59,900 bases of DNA, taken from assembly GCA_002269645.1 (NCBI GenBank), contig NIVC01004116.1, positions 1-59,900 on the forward strand. The letters are read 5' to 3'. The DNA is from Macrostomum lignano. Its lineage: Eukaryota. Positions 9,727 through 28,170 of this stretch are shown in pieces; position 1 is the first letter of the stretch, and each line of letters opens with the position of its first letter. The position numbers were made by a program, and so were the translations under genes. The notes beneath the pieces were generated by a model that was not told the DNA's origin, ran no database searches, and saw nothing but the letters and a program-made list of their open reading frames with translations.

Positions 9727-12700
9727 ATGTCTTTGACTGGAGCTGATACTTCAACTGGTAAGATTTTATTAAACTTTACCACTGTCTCTCTATAAACTAC
9801 TTGCTTTAGTTTTTTAAGGTGTTACCTTTTTTATAGGGCCTAAATTACCCTAAATATAAATTATGATTTGAATATAAAAGTATTAAAGTAGGCCTAGGCC
9901 TGTTTTCGCTTTAGGCCTACCTTTTGTTTATAATTATTAAATATGATTTGGATATAAAAGTGTATAAAAGTATAAAAAGACATAAAACTTTTGAAGTGAA
10001 AAAATCTAACTTTCTAGTGAGGTGCATGTAAAACCATGAATTATTAGGCCTAACTCTTTAAAAGTTGACTGTGGTTGCTCTATTGCTTAGGAAAAGAAAG
10101 TTGCTCTGTTCTTCTATTCTAATTCTAAAGTTTTAATATTGATTTAATAGGCTTTTTGGACTATTTAAATGCTAAGAATAACTTAAACAATGGGAAAATA
10201 AATTAACAGATGATTCTACACAATAGCTAGCTTGTGATATATGGGATTATTTTTATTTAGAATGAAAATTGATTGCAGAATTCAAAGTAAATAACTAATA
10301 ATAGTCTGTCAATAAGATTTTAAATGTTCTTTATTTTGATAATATGATTATCAAACATGATAGAGTACCTACATTAATAGTATTCCAAAATGGGGCTTAT
10401 GAACAAAAATTGATTGAATAATAAAAAAAGTTATGAAGATTTTAGTGATAAGTTTTGTATATATTTTTTAATAGAAAAATATATTGAAAAGTAAAACTAT
10501 GTTCTAATGTAATGCATATAACTTAATGATTTTAGTGCAAATATATTGGTTTGGTGTTATTTGAAAGATAAATTTGTTTTCTACAAGATATATTAAAAAA
10601 GTTCTAGGACTTGGGCTCATAGAAACTTAGATCAATTGGAATCAAATCTGGCTCCTTCAAAGTACTTTTGCCTGAGCCAAATGCACTTGTCCATTCTTCT
10701 GCACCAGGCCTCCATGTAGCCCTAGAAGGCTTCTTTGGGAATACTTTGCAATTTTGTCATTGTGGCCCTTCTAATGATATGAACATTAGTAAATTGAAGG
10801 CCTACCTTTAAGGTGATCATAGGTGATCATAAAAATATAAATGATAAGTTTATCATATTCTAATAGAATGCCTAAATATATAAAATTTTATTATAGCTCA
10901 GTTAAGCATAGATTAGCTAGCTAGTCCCTAGACACCTTGGTAACAACATGTTTTGGTGTAATAAGCTTTTCAATGACATTTCTAAAATAAAATTGTAGCA
11001 TAAAGGGTCTATTGATTAATAATAGGCCTATATTTGCAAAGTCAAGCAAATTAAAAGAGGATAATACCCTTAATTTTAATATTCATTGTATTTATTAATT
11101 TTTAGTACATTGATTGGTTTTGTTATTATATTAAAATCAGATTTCATATTGTTTCAAGTTTAAAGAAAAGGGTTGTTATTGAAATGTCTTGTTACTAAAA
11201 TGTGTAACTATTATGCAAGCATAATAATTATAGTCTTTATTCAAGAATCAGGCAAATCAGTAGGGGCCTAAGAATTTACAAAAAAAAATATTTAGTTTCA
11301 ATTAAGGTTTTAAAAATACAATTATATCAAATTGCATATAATGATATATGCAATTATATCATTGGTATTGATTTAAATCAAATTTTTAATAAGAGATATT
11401 ATAGACATTTAGAATATTCACTCAACACTATTTTTGTAACTTATATTCATGTAGATGCAGCCACATCTGCCACCTGGATAGAGGTACAGTTTGCTGCTGA
11501 CCCTAACCCACAAGCAACTGGAGCTGGCGGCTCCCAGGCTATGGAGAAGCTGTTGATAGATGCCCAAAGAGAAAGCGGCCAATCCTCACTGGCCCAGTCT
11601 GGCAGTGCCAGTCCGGCTATAGCTGGAAGTGGCAGTCACAGCCCAGCAGTTCTGGCTGTAAGTAGCACTCATGTTACTGTTTTTAACTATCGTTTCTATT
11701 TTCATCTTTTTAATATGGTGTTGGTGTATGGTCTTTCCTCGTGATCAAATCGTGAATAGGAAAATTCCTCAAAAATCTCACTGAGAATCTCCCTTCAACT
11801 TCCTATTGAGAATCTCCCCTCGAATCCCCATTGAGAATCTCCCCTCAAATCCCCATTGAGAACCTCCCCTCGAATCCCCATTGAGAATCTCCATTGAGAA
11901 TCCCCATTCAGAACCTCCCCTCGAATCCCCAATCCCCATTGAGAATCTCCCCTCAAATCCCCATTGAGAATCTCCATTGAGAATCCCCATTGAGAATCTC
12001 AATTGAGAATCCCCATTGAGAATCTCCATTGAGAATCCCCATTCAGAACCTCCCCTCGAATCCCCAATCCCCATTAAGAATCTCCCCTCAAATCCCCATT
12101 GAGAATCTCCATTGAGAATCCCCATTGAGAATCTCCATTGAGAATCCCCATTGAGAACCTCCCCTCGAATCCCCAATCCCCATTGAGAATCTCCATTGAG
12201 AATCCCCATTGAGAATCTCCATTGAGAATCCCCATTGAGAACCTCCCCTCGAATCCCCAATCCCCATTGAGAATCTCCATTGAGAATCCCCATTCAGAAC
12301 CTCCCCTCGAATCCCCAATCCCCATTGAGAATCTCCCCTCAAATCCCCATTGAGAATCTCCATTGAGAATCCCCATTCAGAACCTCCCCTCGAATCCCCA
12401 ATCCCCATTGAGAATCTCCCCTCAAATCCCCATTGAGAATCTCCATTGAGAATCCCCATTGAGAATCTCCATTGAGAATCTCCATTGAGAATCCCCATTG
12501 AGAATCTCCATTGAGAATCCCCATTGAAAATCTCCATTGAGAATCCCCATTGAAAATCTCCATTGAGAATCCCCATTGAGAATCTCCCCTCGAATCCCCA
12601 TTGAGAATCTCCATTGAGAATCTCCATTGAAAATCTCCATTGAGAATCCCCATTGAAAATCTCCATTGAGAATCCCCATTGAGAATCCAAGATCTTCCCC

Positions 12701-13913
12701 AATCCTCCATTGAGAATCTGGCTCCTTGAATCTCTATTGTTATTATCTCACCATAAATCCCTATTAGGAATTTTCCTTCAAATCCTGATTGAGAATCCCT
12801 TACAGCCCCCTGTCAATCCCGCATCTCCACAGGCCGGTGCGCAACTGCAGAGCAGCGGCGGTGCCGGCGACTGGCAGCGCGACTGGCCCACCAGATTTGT
12901 CGTGTGAGTTTTTTGTGTAGAAATTTTTAATTTTTGCCATTGCATCGTGCTACTATAAGTAGCTCAAATCGTGATATAAATGAGCGGTATTTTTTCAGCT
13001 CCCAGACGGCAGGCTCGCGCCAATTTCAAATCTGGCGCTTTCTCAGCCTGCGCAAGACTCGCCTGGTTCGCGACGGCTCTGTGCTACTGGGCTGGATCAG
13101 CCATGCCGCCTCCTTCCTGCTGGGTGCCACCTCGTGAGTTCTTTGTCTCAGTGTCATTGTAATCCCAGCTCCTGTGTCATTGAAATCCCAGCAGGATTAT
13201 CCCAGTGTCATTGCAATCCCAGCAGGATTATCCCAGTGTCATTGCAATCCCAGCAGGATTATCTCAGTGTTATTGCAATCCCAGCAGGATTATCCCAGTA
13301 TCATTGCAATCCTAGCAGGATTATCTCAGTGCCATTGCAATCCCAGCAGGATTATCTCAGTCGACTCAGTGCCATTGCAATCCCAGCAGGATTATCCCAG
13401 TGTCATTGCAATCCCAGCAGGATTATCTCAGTGTCATTGCAATCCCAGCAGGATTATCTCAGTGTCATTGCAATCCCAGCAGGATTATCTCAGTGCCAAT
13501 TGCAATCCCAGATATTATCTCAGTGTCATTGCAATCCCAGCAGGATTATCTCAGTGTCATTGCAATCCCAGCAGGATTATCTCAGTATCATTGCAATCCC
13601 AGCAGGATTATCTCAGTGCCAATTGCAATCCCAGATATTATCTCAGTGTCATTGCAATCCCAGCAGGATTATCTCAGTGTCATTGCAATCCCAGCAGGAT
13701 TATCTCAGTATCATTGCAATCCCAGCAGGATTATCTCAGTGTCATTGCAATCCCAGCAGGATTATCTCAGTGGGTTCGGGTGATTTAAAGGGCTAGAATG
13801 CTTGCATCAATCAACCGCGCGGATTTCCACCCTCTCAAACTCTTAGAATGTACATCATTTGTCGCGTCTTCGCCGGTGGCCAGCGCGAGCAGCGGGTTGT
13901 GCACTATCGCTGA
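9727..13913 (+). CDS. BNIP3: BNIP3/NIX-family mitophagy receptor, 5 coding exons, 168 aa
   Basis: Exons 9727-9757, 11455-11657, 12833-12903, 12999-13133, 13847-13913 (507 nt, phases 1,0,2,2 consistent). LIR-like ATWIEVQF; MEKLLIDAQRESGQSS (cf. MEKILLDAQHESGRSS); DWQRDWPTR; LSLRKT; C-terminal TM WISHAASFLLGATSMYIICRVF. Confidence 0.9.
11780..12716. repeat. 13-bp minisatellite (GAGAATC[C/T]CCATT) with longer variant units, BNIP3 intron 2
   Basis: Direct inspection; explains the MGILNGDSQW ORFs. Confidence 0.9.
13146..13762. repeat. 31-bp minisatellite (AATCCCAGCAGGATTATCTCAGTGTCATTGC), BNIP3 intron 4
   Basis: Direct inspection; begins about 12 nt after the donor at 13134. Confidence 0.9.
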
Positions 13914-14350
13914 TCAAGCTTCGTACAAATTCACAGCCGAGCCTCTGTCTTGGCTACCCCATACAAGTGTTTGCCCATTCACTGAAACCGCTTATGATTA
14001 ATTTTTGATTGATTGATTTATTGTATCCAAATCCGTTTGCTTGAGAAAAATATAACTATACTCGTTCCGTTCATAAATAGATATGTTTTGTTTGATTTGA
14101 GATTTTTTAATAGGTACAAGATAGCACCGGGGCGGCACTCGGTAGGAGTAGATTAAAAATACTTGGACTCAGCCCAGCTAACTCCAGTAGTGTTTCATTC
14201 AACTGCATTTCGTGGGGAGATATTTTTTATATAAAATTCGCTGTCAAATTAGAGAACATATAGTTTGATGACTGTTATTGTAAGCTAAGAGTGCCGATCG
14301 CATCTGCTATGCAATTCTGCTTTTGTGTTTATTGTATATTTATTAAAACA

Positions 14351-14356
14351 AATAAA
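14351..14356 (+). terminator. Candidate BNIP3 polyadenylation signal AATAAA
   Basis: AATAAA about 440 nt downstream of the BNIP3 stop codon, followed by T/GT-rich sequence; inference only. Confidence 0.35.
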
Positions 14357-15166
14357 CTATAATAGAGTGCATATCATTTGCGTGTGAGAATACTATATGT
14401 TAAATATGTTCATATTTTATTGATTTTTTGTCTAATTTTTTACATTGTCAGGTTTCAGGCCCTGCCGAAAGGAATATACATAATGTACTTTGTTTCCATA
14501 ATTGAAGCATTTTATTATTATGTTAATCCAGGAGCAAGTTAGTTGTGTCTTCACTCGATCAACACGGAGTCAAGAGCATTGCACCCTTGTACATTGAATC
14601 GCCAAGTTTTAATTCGCCGCAAATGCATGTACACTGCAATATTGCAGGGCGTACATGTACCGCTGCCAGAGCAATGGTCTGGTTAGCCGTTCGCCTGCCG
14701 GCCGGGGGAATTCATGACTCATGCCTGGGCCGAGCCATATCAACCGTATGAGTTTGCTAAGGGGGGGGTTGGGGTTGATGGCGAACAGAGAGAAACCACT
14801 CACTCTCGACCTGTGGTTGGGTGGTGGGCTTGTGCGCGTGTCGGGGTAGGGCGGAGGGTAGCTCGGGTCGAATGCCGCTGCTGCGGTACCGCGAATTGCG
14901 GGAGATAGAGAGAGAAGGCGGGGTGGGGTGAAAGGCAGCACGCTTGCAGCTTTTCGAAAGCGAAGAACAGAAGAGGAGAGAGATCGCTCACGCCAGGTTC
15001 ACATCGGAACACTTGTGCCCTTTGAGGTCTTTCAAGTCATAGAATAGCAGCACGACAGTATTAAACAAACTGGTGAGCAGGCAACCTCTTCTGGAATTGA
15101 GACGGAAGAAAAGAACAAGAAAATGACAGGCTAAGTGCCTTCAACTGATTAGTTGAAAGTCTGAGC

Positions 15167-18229
<3,063 letters not shown>

Positions 18230-18282
18230 GTGAGCTCTGATATCTGCCGCTGTGGCTGCCGGCTGCTGAGATTTTCAGGAGA

Positions 18283-19003
18283 ATGGTGCTCACTCATGGT
18301 GCTCACTCATGGTGCTCACTCATGGTGCTCACTCATGGTGCTCACTCATGGTGCTCACTCATGGGGCTCACTCATGGTGCTCACTCATTGTGCTCACTCA
18401 TGGTGCTCACTCATGGTGCTCACTCATGGTGCTCACTCATGGTGCTCACTCATGGTGCCCACTCATGGTGCTCACTCATGGTGCTCACTCATGGTGCTCA
18501 CTCATGGTGCTCACTCATGGTGCTCACTCATGGTGCTCACTCATGGTGCTCACTCATGGTGCTCACTCATGGTGCTCACTCATGGTGCTCACTCATGGTG
18601 CTCACTCATGGTGCTCACTCATGGTGCTCACTCATGGTGCTCACTCATGGTGCTCACTCATGGTGCTCACTCATGGTGCTCACTCATGGTGCTCACTCAT
18701 GGTGCTCACTCATGGTGCTCACTCATGGTGCTCACTCATGGTGCCCACTCATGGTGCTCACTCATGGTGCTCACTCATGGTGCTCACTCATGGTGCTCAC
18801 TCATGGTGCTCACTCATGGTGCTCACTCATGGTGCTCACTCATGGTGCTCACTCATGGTGCTCACTCATGGTGCTCACTCATGGTGCTCACTCATGGTGC
18901 TCACTCATGGTGCTCACTCATGGTGCTCACTCATGGTGCTCACTCATGGTGCTCACTCATGGTGCTCACTCATGGTGCTCACTCATGGTGCTCACTCATG
19001 GTG
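18283..19003. repeat. 13-bp minisatellite (ATGGTGCTCACTC), about 55 copies
   Basis: Direct inspection; explains the MVLTHGAHSW ORFs. Confidence 0.92.
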
Positions 19004-19019
19004 CTTACTGCTCATTTAT

Positions 19020-19250
19020 TTGGGGCTTGCGAGTGCAAGAAAATTGGCCCAAGGGCGATTCACAGGCATGAGGGCCAGCCTCCAAGGCACAGAGAGTGTA
19101 CATGCCTGACGATTAGAAATTCAAAGGGCCGCTGTACACCCTGTGTGAGCGTGTGCATGAGTGCAGTGTCTGCGCACAGTATTGGCGCGCTTGCATGTGC
19201 TCAGGAGTCAGCTGTATAGGCAGGATGTCGCCGGGTGTCCGCAGCCTTCT
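19020..19250 (+). mobile_element. SINE family B body (head missing)
   Basis: GGCGATTCACAGGCATGAGGGCCAGCCTCCAAGGCACAGAGAGTGTACATGCCTGAC...GCTGTACACCCTGTGTGAGCG...GCTCAGGAGTCAGC is shared with 48590-48800. Confidence 0.8.
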
Positions 19251-20355
19251 TGCAGTTATTATTGATATTATTTGGCTGCCCTGAGGGTATCTCTTTGATT
19301 TATCTACAGTTTATCTAACACCGGCATTTAACAGTCAGAGGGCATTTGAACACAGAATCTGATGGCTCAATTTGTTCCCCTCAGTCTAGAAAGCCCTCCC
19401 CCGCACTGGCGCCTCTCATATTGGAAAGCTTTGTGCGGAAAATAGAAAGAGAATTGGAATTAGAATCGGGTGCGGAGCGGACGCAGCGAAGGACTCAGCT
19501 GAGTAGACTCTCCAGGCTTAAGAAAAACACCAAAGAAAAGGAACTGACTTGAGAAGGAGAGTGTACGAGTGGGTTCGACGTGGCTTCCATAAAGTCCTGA
19601 ATTTGTAAGCCCCCGCGCTCTGCGGCATGGATAGCTAGACCAGTGCTGGAGAATTCCCTGTTTGGAATGGCGGTCCCGCCTTCTCCGCCCCCGTCCCCAA
19701 TCGGTCATGAATAATGAAGGCCGCGGCGGCTGCCTGCGGGACGGAAATTGAAAAAAAAACCTGGGCCACCCGTGTGCCAACGGACTTCACCGGGAACCAA
19801 AGCCAGCCACCTCGGGATGATCTCAACCGCGGAGGCCTGCGGCCGAATTGCGTGCGCGCCATGCAGGTTGGGTACCCGACCGCCGCTCCCCTCTTGAAAG
19901 TTGAGAGAGAGAGGAAGAGAGAGTGCTAGAGTAAAAAACTGGCCCACACACAAAGGCTTAGAGACTTCGCCATGGATGCGGGAATGAATGGTAGGGAGGG
20001 AGAGGGGCCACTGACCAATAGATGGCGCCCGCGTGCTCATGAGGGTGTGTGTGTGTGATCGACTGCCGGAGCAAAGTGAATCTTCCTTTTAAGCTCCCAG
20101 TAGGGCCTGGCACGCAATTTGAGGCTTCTCATCTGCTGCCTCTCCCTCATTATTTTCGTTCTTCTCTATTTGCCTGTCTCCTTAGGCATGGTGGGAAGCG
20201 GCAGGTTATTGCATCGCAGATTGTTCTCTTCCGACAGAGGACCCAGGCTCGATTCCTAGTTTTCAGGTTAGCTCTCTCTGGTCGGGTTTCATGAGACACT
20301 TGATACTGCGTGGTGAGGTCCTGCTTTGGGCCGAGGTAAAGGCGGGGGGGGGCAT

Positions 20356-20760
20356 TCACAGATTCTCAACACCGGAGAGGCAGAATGGGCATTCCTCGTA
20401 ACGGATTTTGCGCTGGAGTTGGCGATGTCTGGCAAAACAGACATGACCCGAGAGCGCCATGGTCACCGCCCTGATGTCCCTGCGGTTGAGTCCTAGCAGG
20501 GCCTTGCTGAGAGCGGGGGAAGGACAGGGGACTGTTAGACCAACTCTCCTTGTGCTTAGAAGCCACCCACTGGTTGATCCGAGTGGTTGACAACGGCTGA
20601 GGGGGGTGGGGGCTATGAGCAAGTCAAGGCTGCTGTGTAAGCGTGTACCTGCGGGGGACAATGCTACAAGTAGGCTATCCACCCGATCGGTTTCCATATT
20701 ATTGCAATTCCCGGGCACCTGATCGGCTGGCCTGACTGCCGTCCTTCTTGCTCGCATTCT
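20356..20760 (-). mobile_element. Degenerate LINE ORF2 fragment (RNase H end to zinc knuckle), same family as 5468-6185
   Basis: QVPGNCNN...DSL (RNase H WVPGH..GNE.AD-like); VPCPSP.L..ALL.LNRR..RAV.MALSGH.CF.RHR...CPFC.SG.EN is shared with the 5642-6064 ORF. Confidence 0.85.
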
Positions 20761-21087
20761 TCGCCTTCCCTACGCCCAGCGAAAATTGCTTATCGTGTCG
20801 CATTACCGTCACTTATTGGCCCTCCCTATGCCTTCTCCTATCCGGGTAAAGAGCTTCATTGCATTCAGTGAGGCGGGAGTCTAAGTCCCTCATCCCCAGT
20901 CTCCTCATCTTCAGCTGGAAGCTGGAAAGCGACTCTGCTGATCCGTAGGCGGCGGTCTAAAGTGCACCGCCGCTCTTGGGTTGCAGAGTTAATAATCGAC
21001 ACGCCTATTCGTGTTAATTTTGCCCGACCACAGCAGTTAGTTGCAGTGAATTAAGGAATGCCTTACGGTCTGCATTGCGGACTACCT

Positions 21088-21520
21088 GCTCCCTTCCTCT
21101 CCTCCCTTTTTCTACTTCCTTCCTCTCCTTCCTTCTTTTCCTCCCTTCTTCTCCTCCCTTCTTCTACTTCCTTCTTTTCCTCCCTTCTTCTCCTCCCTTC
21201 TTCTCCTCCCTTCTTCTACTTCCTTCTTTTCCTCCCTTCTTCTCCTCCCTTCTTCTCCTCCCTTCTTCTACTTCCTTCTTTTCCTCCCTTCTTCTCCTCC
21301 CTTCTTCTACTTCCTTCTTTTCCTCCCTTCTTCTCCTCCCTTCCTCTCCTCCCTTTTTCTCCTCCGTTTCTCTCCTCTCTTCTTCTCCTCCCTTCGTTTC
21401 TCTCCTCCCTTCTTCTCCTCCCTTTTTCTCCTCCGTTTCTCTCCTCCCTTCTTCTCCTCCCTTCCTCTCCTCCCTTCTTCTCCTCCCTTCCTCTCCTCCC
21501 TTCCTCCCCACCCCTTCCTC
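21088..21520. repeat. Pyrimidine-rich minisatellite (CTTCTTCTCCTCC-type)
   Basis: Direct inspection. Confidence 0.85.
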
Positions 21521-22088
21521 AGAGATTCGAAGGAACAAGACACATTAAAGCCATTTTCTTGTTTCAAACCTCACAACTTTGAGGTTTCAATTCAAGCCGC
21601 TCAATCAACAACAGTCCAAAGGCCCTTAACGATCCTTCAGCTGTCAAAGCCAGCCCAGAAGACGCAAAGTGCAACGGAGCTGACCAAAATCCCTGCAGAG
21701 CGATGGAGAGCTGGGAGCAACACGGGCGTCAAAGGACTTTTGTTCCCCGTGAGCCGCCACCAGGTCATCCCCACTTCCTGACCGCCAGTGCCGCCACTCT
21801 CCTTCCCGCCTTACTTCATTTTCGCCCCCGCCCCTTTTCTCTTTCTAAAGTCTTAATTCACTTTGGCGCTGCTCCCCTGGGAGCCTTGAGATAAGTCTTG
21901 GCTTTGGCGATCAAGGAGTAAGGGAGGCTGGAATCCCTTTCCCTCCCTCCTGATCCCAGGTTGCCTGTAGAGAATTCTATTCCCCACGCTTCGGCTGGGA
22001 AAGCGGTTTTTATGGATGCATTTCCGAATTTCCAGTCCGCATCTTTATCCGATCCCCACCCGAGCAGGCCGGGCCCGAGAAAACGGCA

Positions 22089-24963
<2,875 letters not shown>

Positions 24964-25080
24964 GAGGACCAACCCAGCAGAATTCATGATTCTAGAAGAT
25001 TTCGCTCACTACATCGAACCCATGGACAACTGGAAGTAGAAGGAAGATACACTCGATTTTCTCGACTGAATTTGTCTATG

Positions 25081-25230
25081 GCAAAACCCCATTCAGCGCT
25101 ATGCTTTCTCTGGAGCATACTAAATGCGTACTGGCGATGCGACTAATATGCGCTCTTTAGCGGCCTCCAGCCCATTTCTATGAAAGTCGAGTATAGCGTC
25201 CTTGTACTGCAGTTGCGTCCATGCACTTAC
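25081..25230. repeat. Dispersed repeat fragment (second copy about 35445-35600)
   Basis: GAGCATACTAAATGC...CTGGCGATGCGAC...GGCCTCCAG...TTTCTATGAAA is shared by both loci; family unknown. Confidence 0.7.
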
Positions 25231-25549
25231 CCAGAACAACGCGTTGCTATGGACGCCAGTTGCGCTTTCCAATTGTCTGCTTCTGTGTTCAATGTACACA
25301 TTCACTGACTATAGAACTATCGGATTGCCTGAAAACTGTCAATCTGCATTCCAGGGAGACCGTCTGTCTAGCCTATACAGTGTAACATGCTATTCTATTT
25401 GTATTTTCTGCGTTCTTGTTTGAACTTGATGTGCACAAATACACTAAAGTTCTTTCAGCTAACTTGCTAAAGAGATTTACTGCTTTATTGTATTAGGAAT
25501 TGTACACTCTTAAATCAACTAGCTGAGCTCAGTCTGCTTTTTTATAGAT

Positions 25550-26462
25550 GCGGCTCCCCCCCCCTCACAATGCCCCTCCCAGTCTCTGCCTTTCCCTCCC
25601 CCTCACAATGCCCCTCTCAGTCTCTGCCTCTCCCTCCCCCTCACAATGCCCCTCTCAGTCTCTGCCTCTCCCTCCCCCTCACAATGCCCCTCTCAGTCTC
25701 TGCCTCTCCCTCCCCCTCACAATGCCCCTCCCAGTCTCTGCCTCTCCCTCCCCCTCACAATGCCCCTCTCAGTCTCTGCCTCTCCCTCCCCCTCACAATG
25801 CCCCTCCCAGTCTCTGCCTCTCCCTCCCCCTCACAATGCCCCTCTCAGTCTCTGCCTCTCCCTCCCCCTCACAGTGCCCCTCAGTCTCTGCCTCTCCCTC
25901 CCCCTCACAGTGCCCCTCTCAGTCTCTGCCTCTCCCTCCCCCTCACAGTGCCCCTCTCAGTCTCTGCCTCTCCCTCCCCCTCACAATGCCCCTCTCAGTC
26001 TCTGCCTCTCCCTCCCCCTCACAGTGCCCCTCTCAGTCTCTGCCTCTCCCTCCCCCTCACAGTGCCCCTCTCAGTCTCTGCCTCTCCCTCCCCCTCACAG
26101 TGCCCCTCTCAGTCTCTGCCTCTCCCTCCCCCTCACAGTGCCCCTCAGTCTCTGCCTCTCCCTCCCCCTCACAGTGCCCCCCTCTCAGTCTCTGCCTCTC
26201 CCTCCCCCTCACAATGCCCCTCTCAGTCTCTGCCTCTCCCTCCCCCTCACAGTGCCCCTCTCAGTCTCTGCCTCTCCCTCCCCCTCACAGTGCCCCTCTC
26301 AGTCTCTACCTCTCCCTCCTCCTCACAGTGCCCCTCTCAGTCTCTGCCTCTCCCTCCCCCTCACAGTGCCCCTCTCAGTCTCTGCCTCTCCCTCCCCCTC
26401 ACAATGCCCCTCAGTCTCTGCCTCTCCCTCCCCCTCACAATGCCCCTCTCAGTCTGTCTCTC
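25550..26462. repeat. About 38-bp C/T-rich minisatellite (CCTCTCAGTCTCTGCCTCTCCCTCCCCCTCACARTGCC)
   Basis: Direct inspection; explains the Pro/Ser/Leu-rich ORFs. Confidence 0.9.
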
Positions 26463-26902
26463 TCCCATCTCATAATGCCCTTCTTTGCCTTTGCATCTGC
26501 CATTACATCTATTCTTTTTGTATCACATCGGATGCAAAAGTCTTTCTGTATTTATTCTAAAGCTTTCTACAAAGCGGACACACAGACAGACAGCTTTCAC
26601 CCAAAACAAATCAATCTGACCTATTTGATGAGGAGCATCGTTAAACCTGTGAGAATCAACCCAGTTAATGGCTGTCCTAGTATTTTGACGAGCCGCCTTC
26701 CTTTCATAATTAAATAATCTTCTTAATCTTAAATACTTCAACACGCTGAGGTGAAATGAAAAGCTTATTTTATCCATCTCCAGGACATCCCTGACATTCG
26801 GAATTAGCGATCCGGGGGTGAAGCAGACGGGTCATCCGCGGGACCTGGGATCCTAGGGACTGCAAATGGTGGAGCCTTGATGCTCGTGGTTTGTTGAGTA
26901 CA

Positions 26903-28170
26903 GCCTGTCTGCTGGTCTGGCTGCCTGTCTTTGGCTGCCTGTCTTTAGCTGCCTGTCTCTGGCTGCCTGTCTTTGGCTGCCTGTCTTTATCCGCCTGTCT
27001 TTGGCTGCCTGTCTTTGGCTGCCTGTCTTTGGCTGCCTGTCTTTGGCTGCCTGTCTTTGGCTGCCTGTCTTTATCCGCCTGTCTTTGGCTGCCTGTCTTT
27101 GGCTGCCTGTCTTTGGCTGCCTGTCTTTGGCTGCCTGTCTTTGGCTGCCTGTCTTTGGCTGCCTGTCTTTATCCGCCTGTCTTTGGCTGCCTGTCTTTGG
27201 CTGCCTGTCTTTGGCTGCCTGTCTTTATCCGCCTGTCTTTGACTGCCTGTCTTGACTATCTGTCAGTCTGGCTGCCTGTCTTGACTATCTGTCGGTCAGG
27301 CTGGCTGCCTGTCTTTTGCTGCCTGTCTTTGGCTGCCTGTCTTTGACTATCTGTCAGTCTGGCTGCCTGTCTTGACTATCTGTCAGTCTGGCTGCCTGTC
27401 TCGACTATCTATCAGTCTGGCTGCCTGTCTTTGACTATCTGTCAGTCTGGCTGCCTGTCTTTGACTATCTGTCAGTCTGGCTGCCTGTCTTTGACTATCT
27501 GTCCGTCTGGCTGCCTGTCTTTGACTGCCTGTCTTTGACTATCTGTCAGTCTGGCTGCCTGTCTTTGACTATCTGTCAGTCTGGCTGCCTGTCTTGACTA
27601 TCTGTCAGTCTGGCTGCCTGTCTTGACTATCTGTCAGTCTGGCTGCCTGTCTTGACTTTCTGTCAGTCTGGCTGCCTGTCTTTTGCTGCCTGTCTTTGAC
27701 TGCCTGTCTTGACTATCTGTCAGTCTGGCTGCCTGTCTTGACTATCTGTCGGTCAGGCTGGCTGCCTGTCTTTTGCTGCCTGTCTTTGGCTGCCTGTCTT
27801 TGACTATCTGTCAGTCTGGCTGCCTGTCTTGACTATCTGTCAGTCTGGCTGCCTGTCTCGACTATCTGTCAGTCTGGCTGCCTGTCTTTGACTATCTGTC
27901 AGTCTGGCTGCCTGTCTTTGACTATCTGTCAGTCTGGCTGCCTGTCTTTGACTGTCTGTCCGTCTGGCTGCCTGTCTTTGACTGCCTGTCTTTGACTATC
28001 TGTCAGTCTGGCTGCCTGTCTTTGACTATCTGTCAGTCTGGCTGCCTGTCTTGACTATCTGTCAGTCTGGCTGCCTGTCTTGACTATCTGTCAGTCTGGC
28101 TGCCTGTCTTGACTTTCTGTCAGTCTGGCTGCCTGTCTTTTGCTGCCTGTCTTTGGCTGCCTGTCTTTCT
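26903..28170. repeat. Compound minisatellite: 14-bp TGGCTGCCTGTCTT grading into a 29-30-bp GACTATCTGTCAGTCTGGCTGCCTGTCTT unit
   Basis: Direct inspection. Confidence 0.9.

Noticed and set aside
14804-14880. Minus-strand exon-like segment encoding FDPSYPPPYP (PY motif)
   Set aside because: The splice signals are plausible, but no phase-compatible neighbouring exons were found and the region may instead be the 5' region of a plus-strand gene.
19346-19552. ORF vaguely resembling the region upstream of a Penelope RT (LESFVRKIERELE)
   Set aside because: No RT or GIY-YIG motifs follow and there is no hammerhead nearby.
20015-20027. CCAAT plus YY1-like AGATGGCG promoter motifs
   Set aside because: Short motifs with no assignable downstream first exon.
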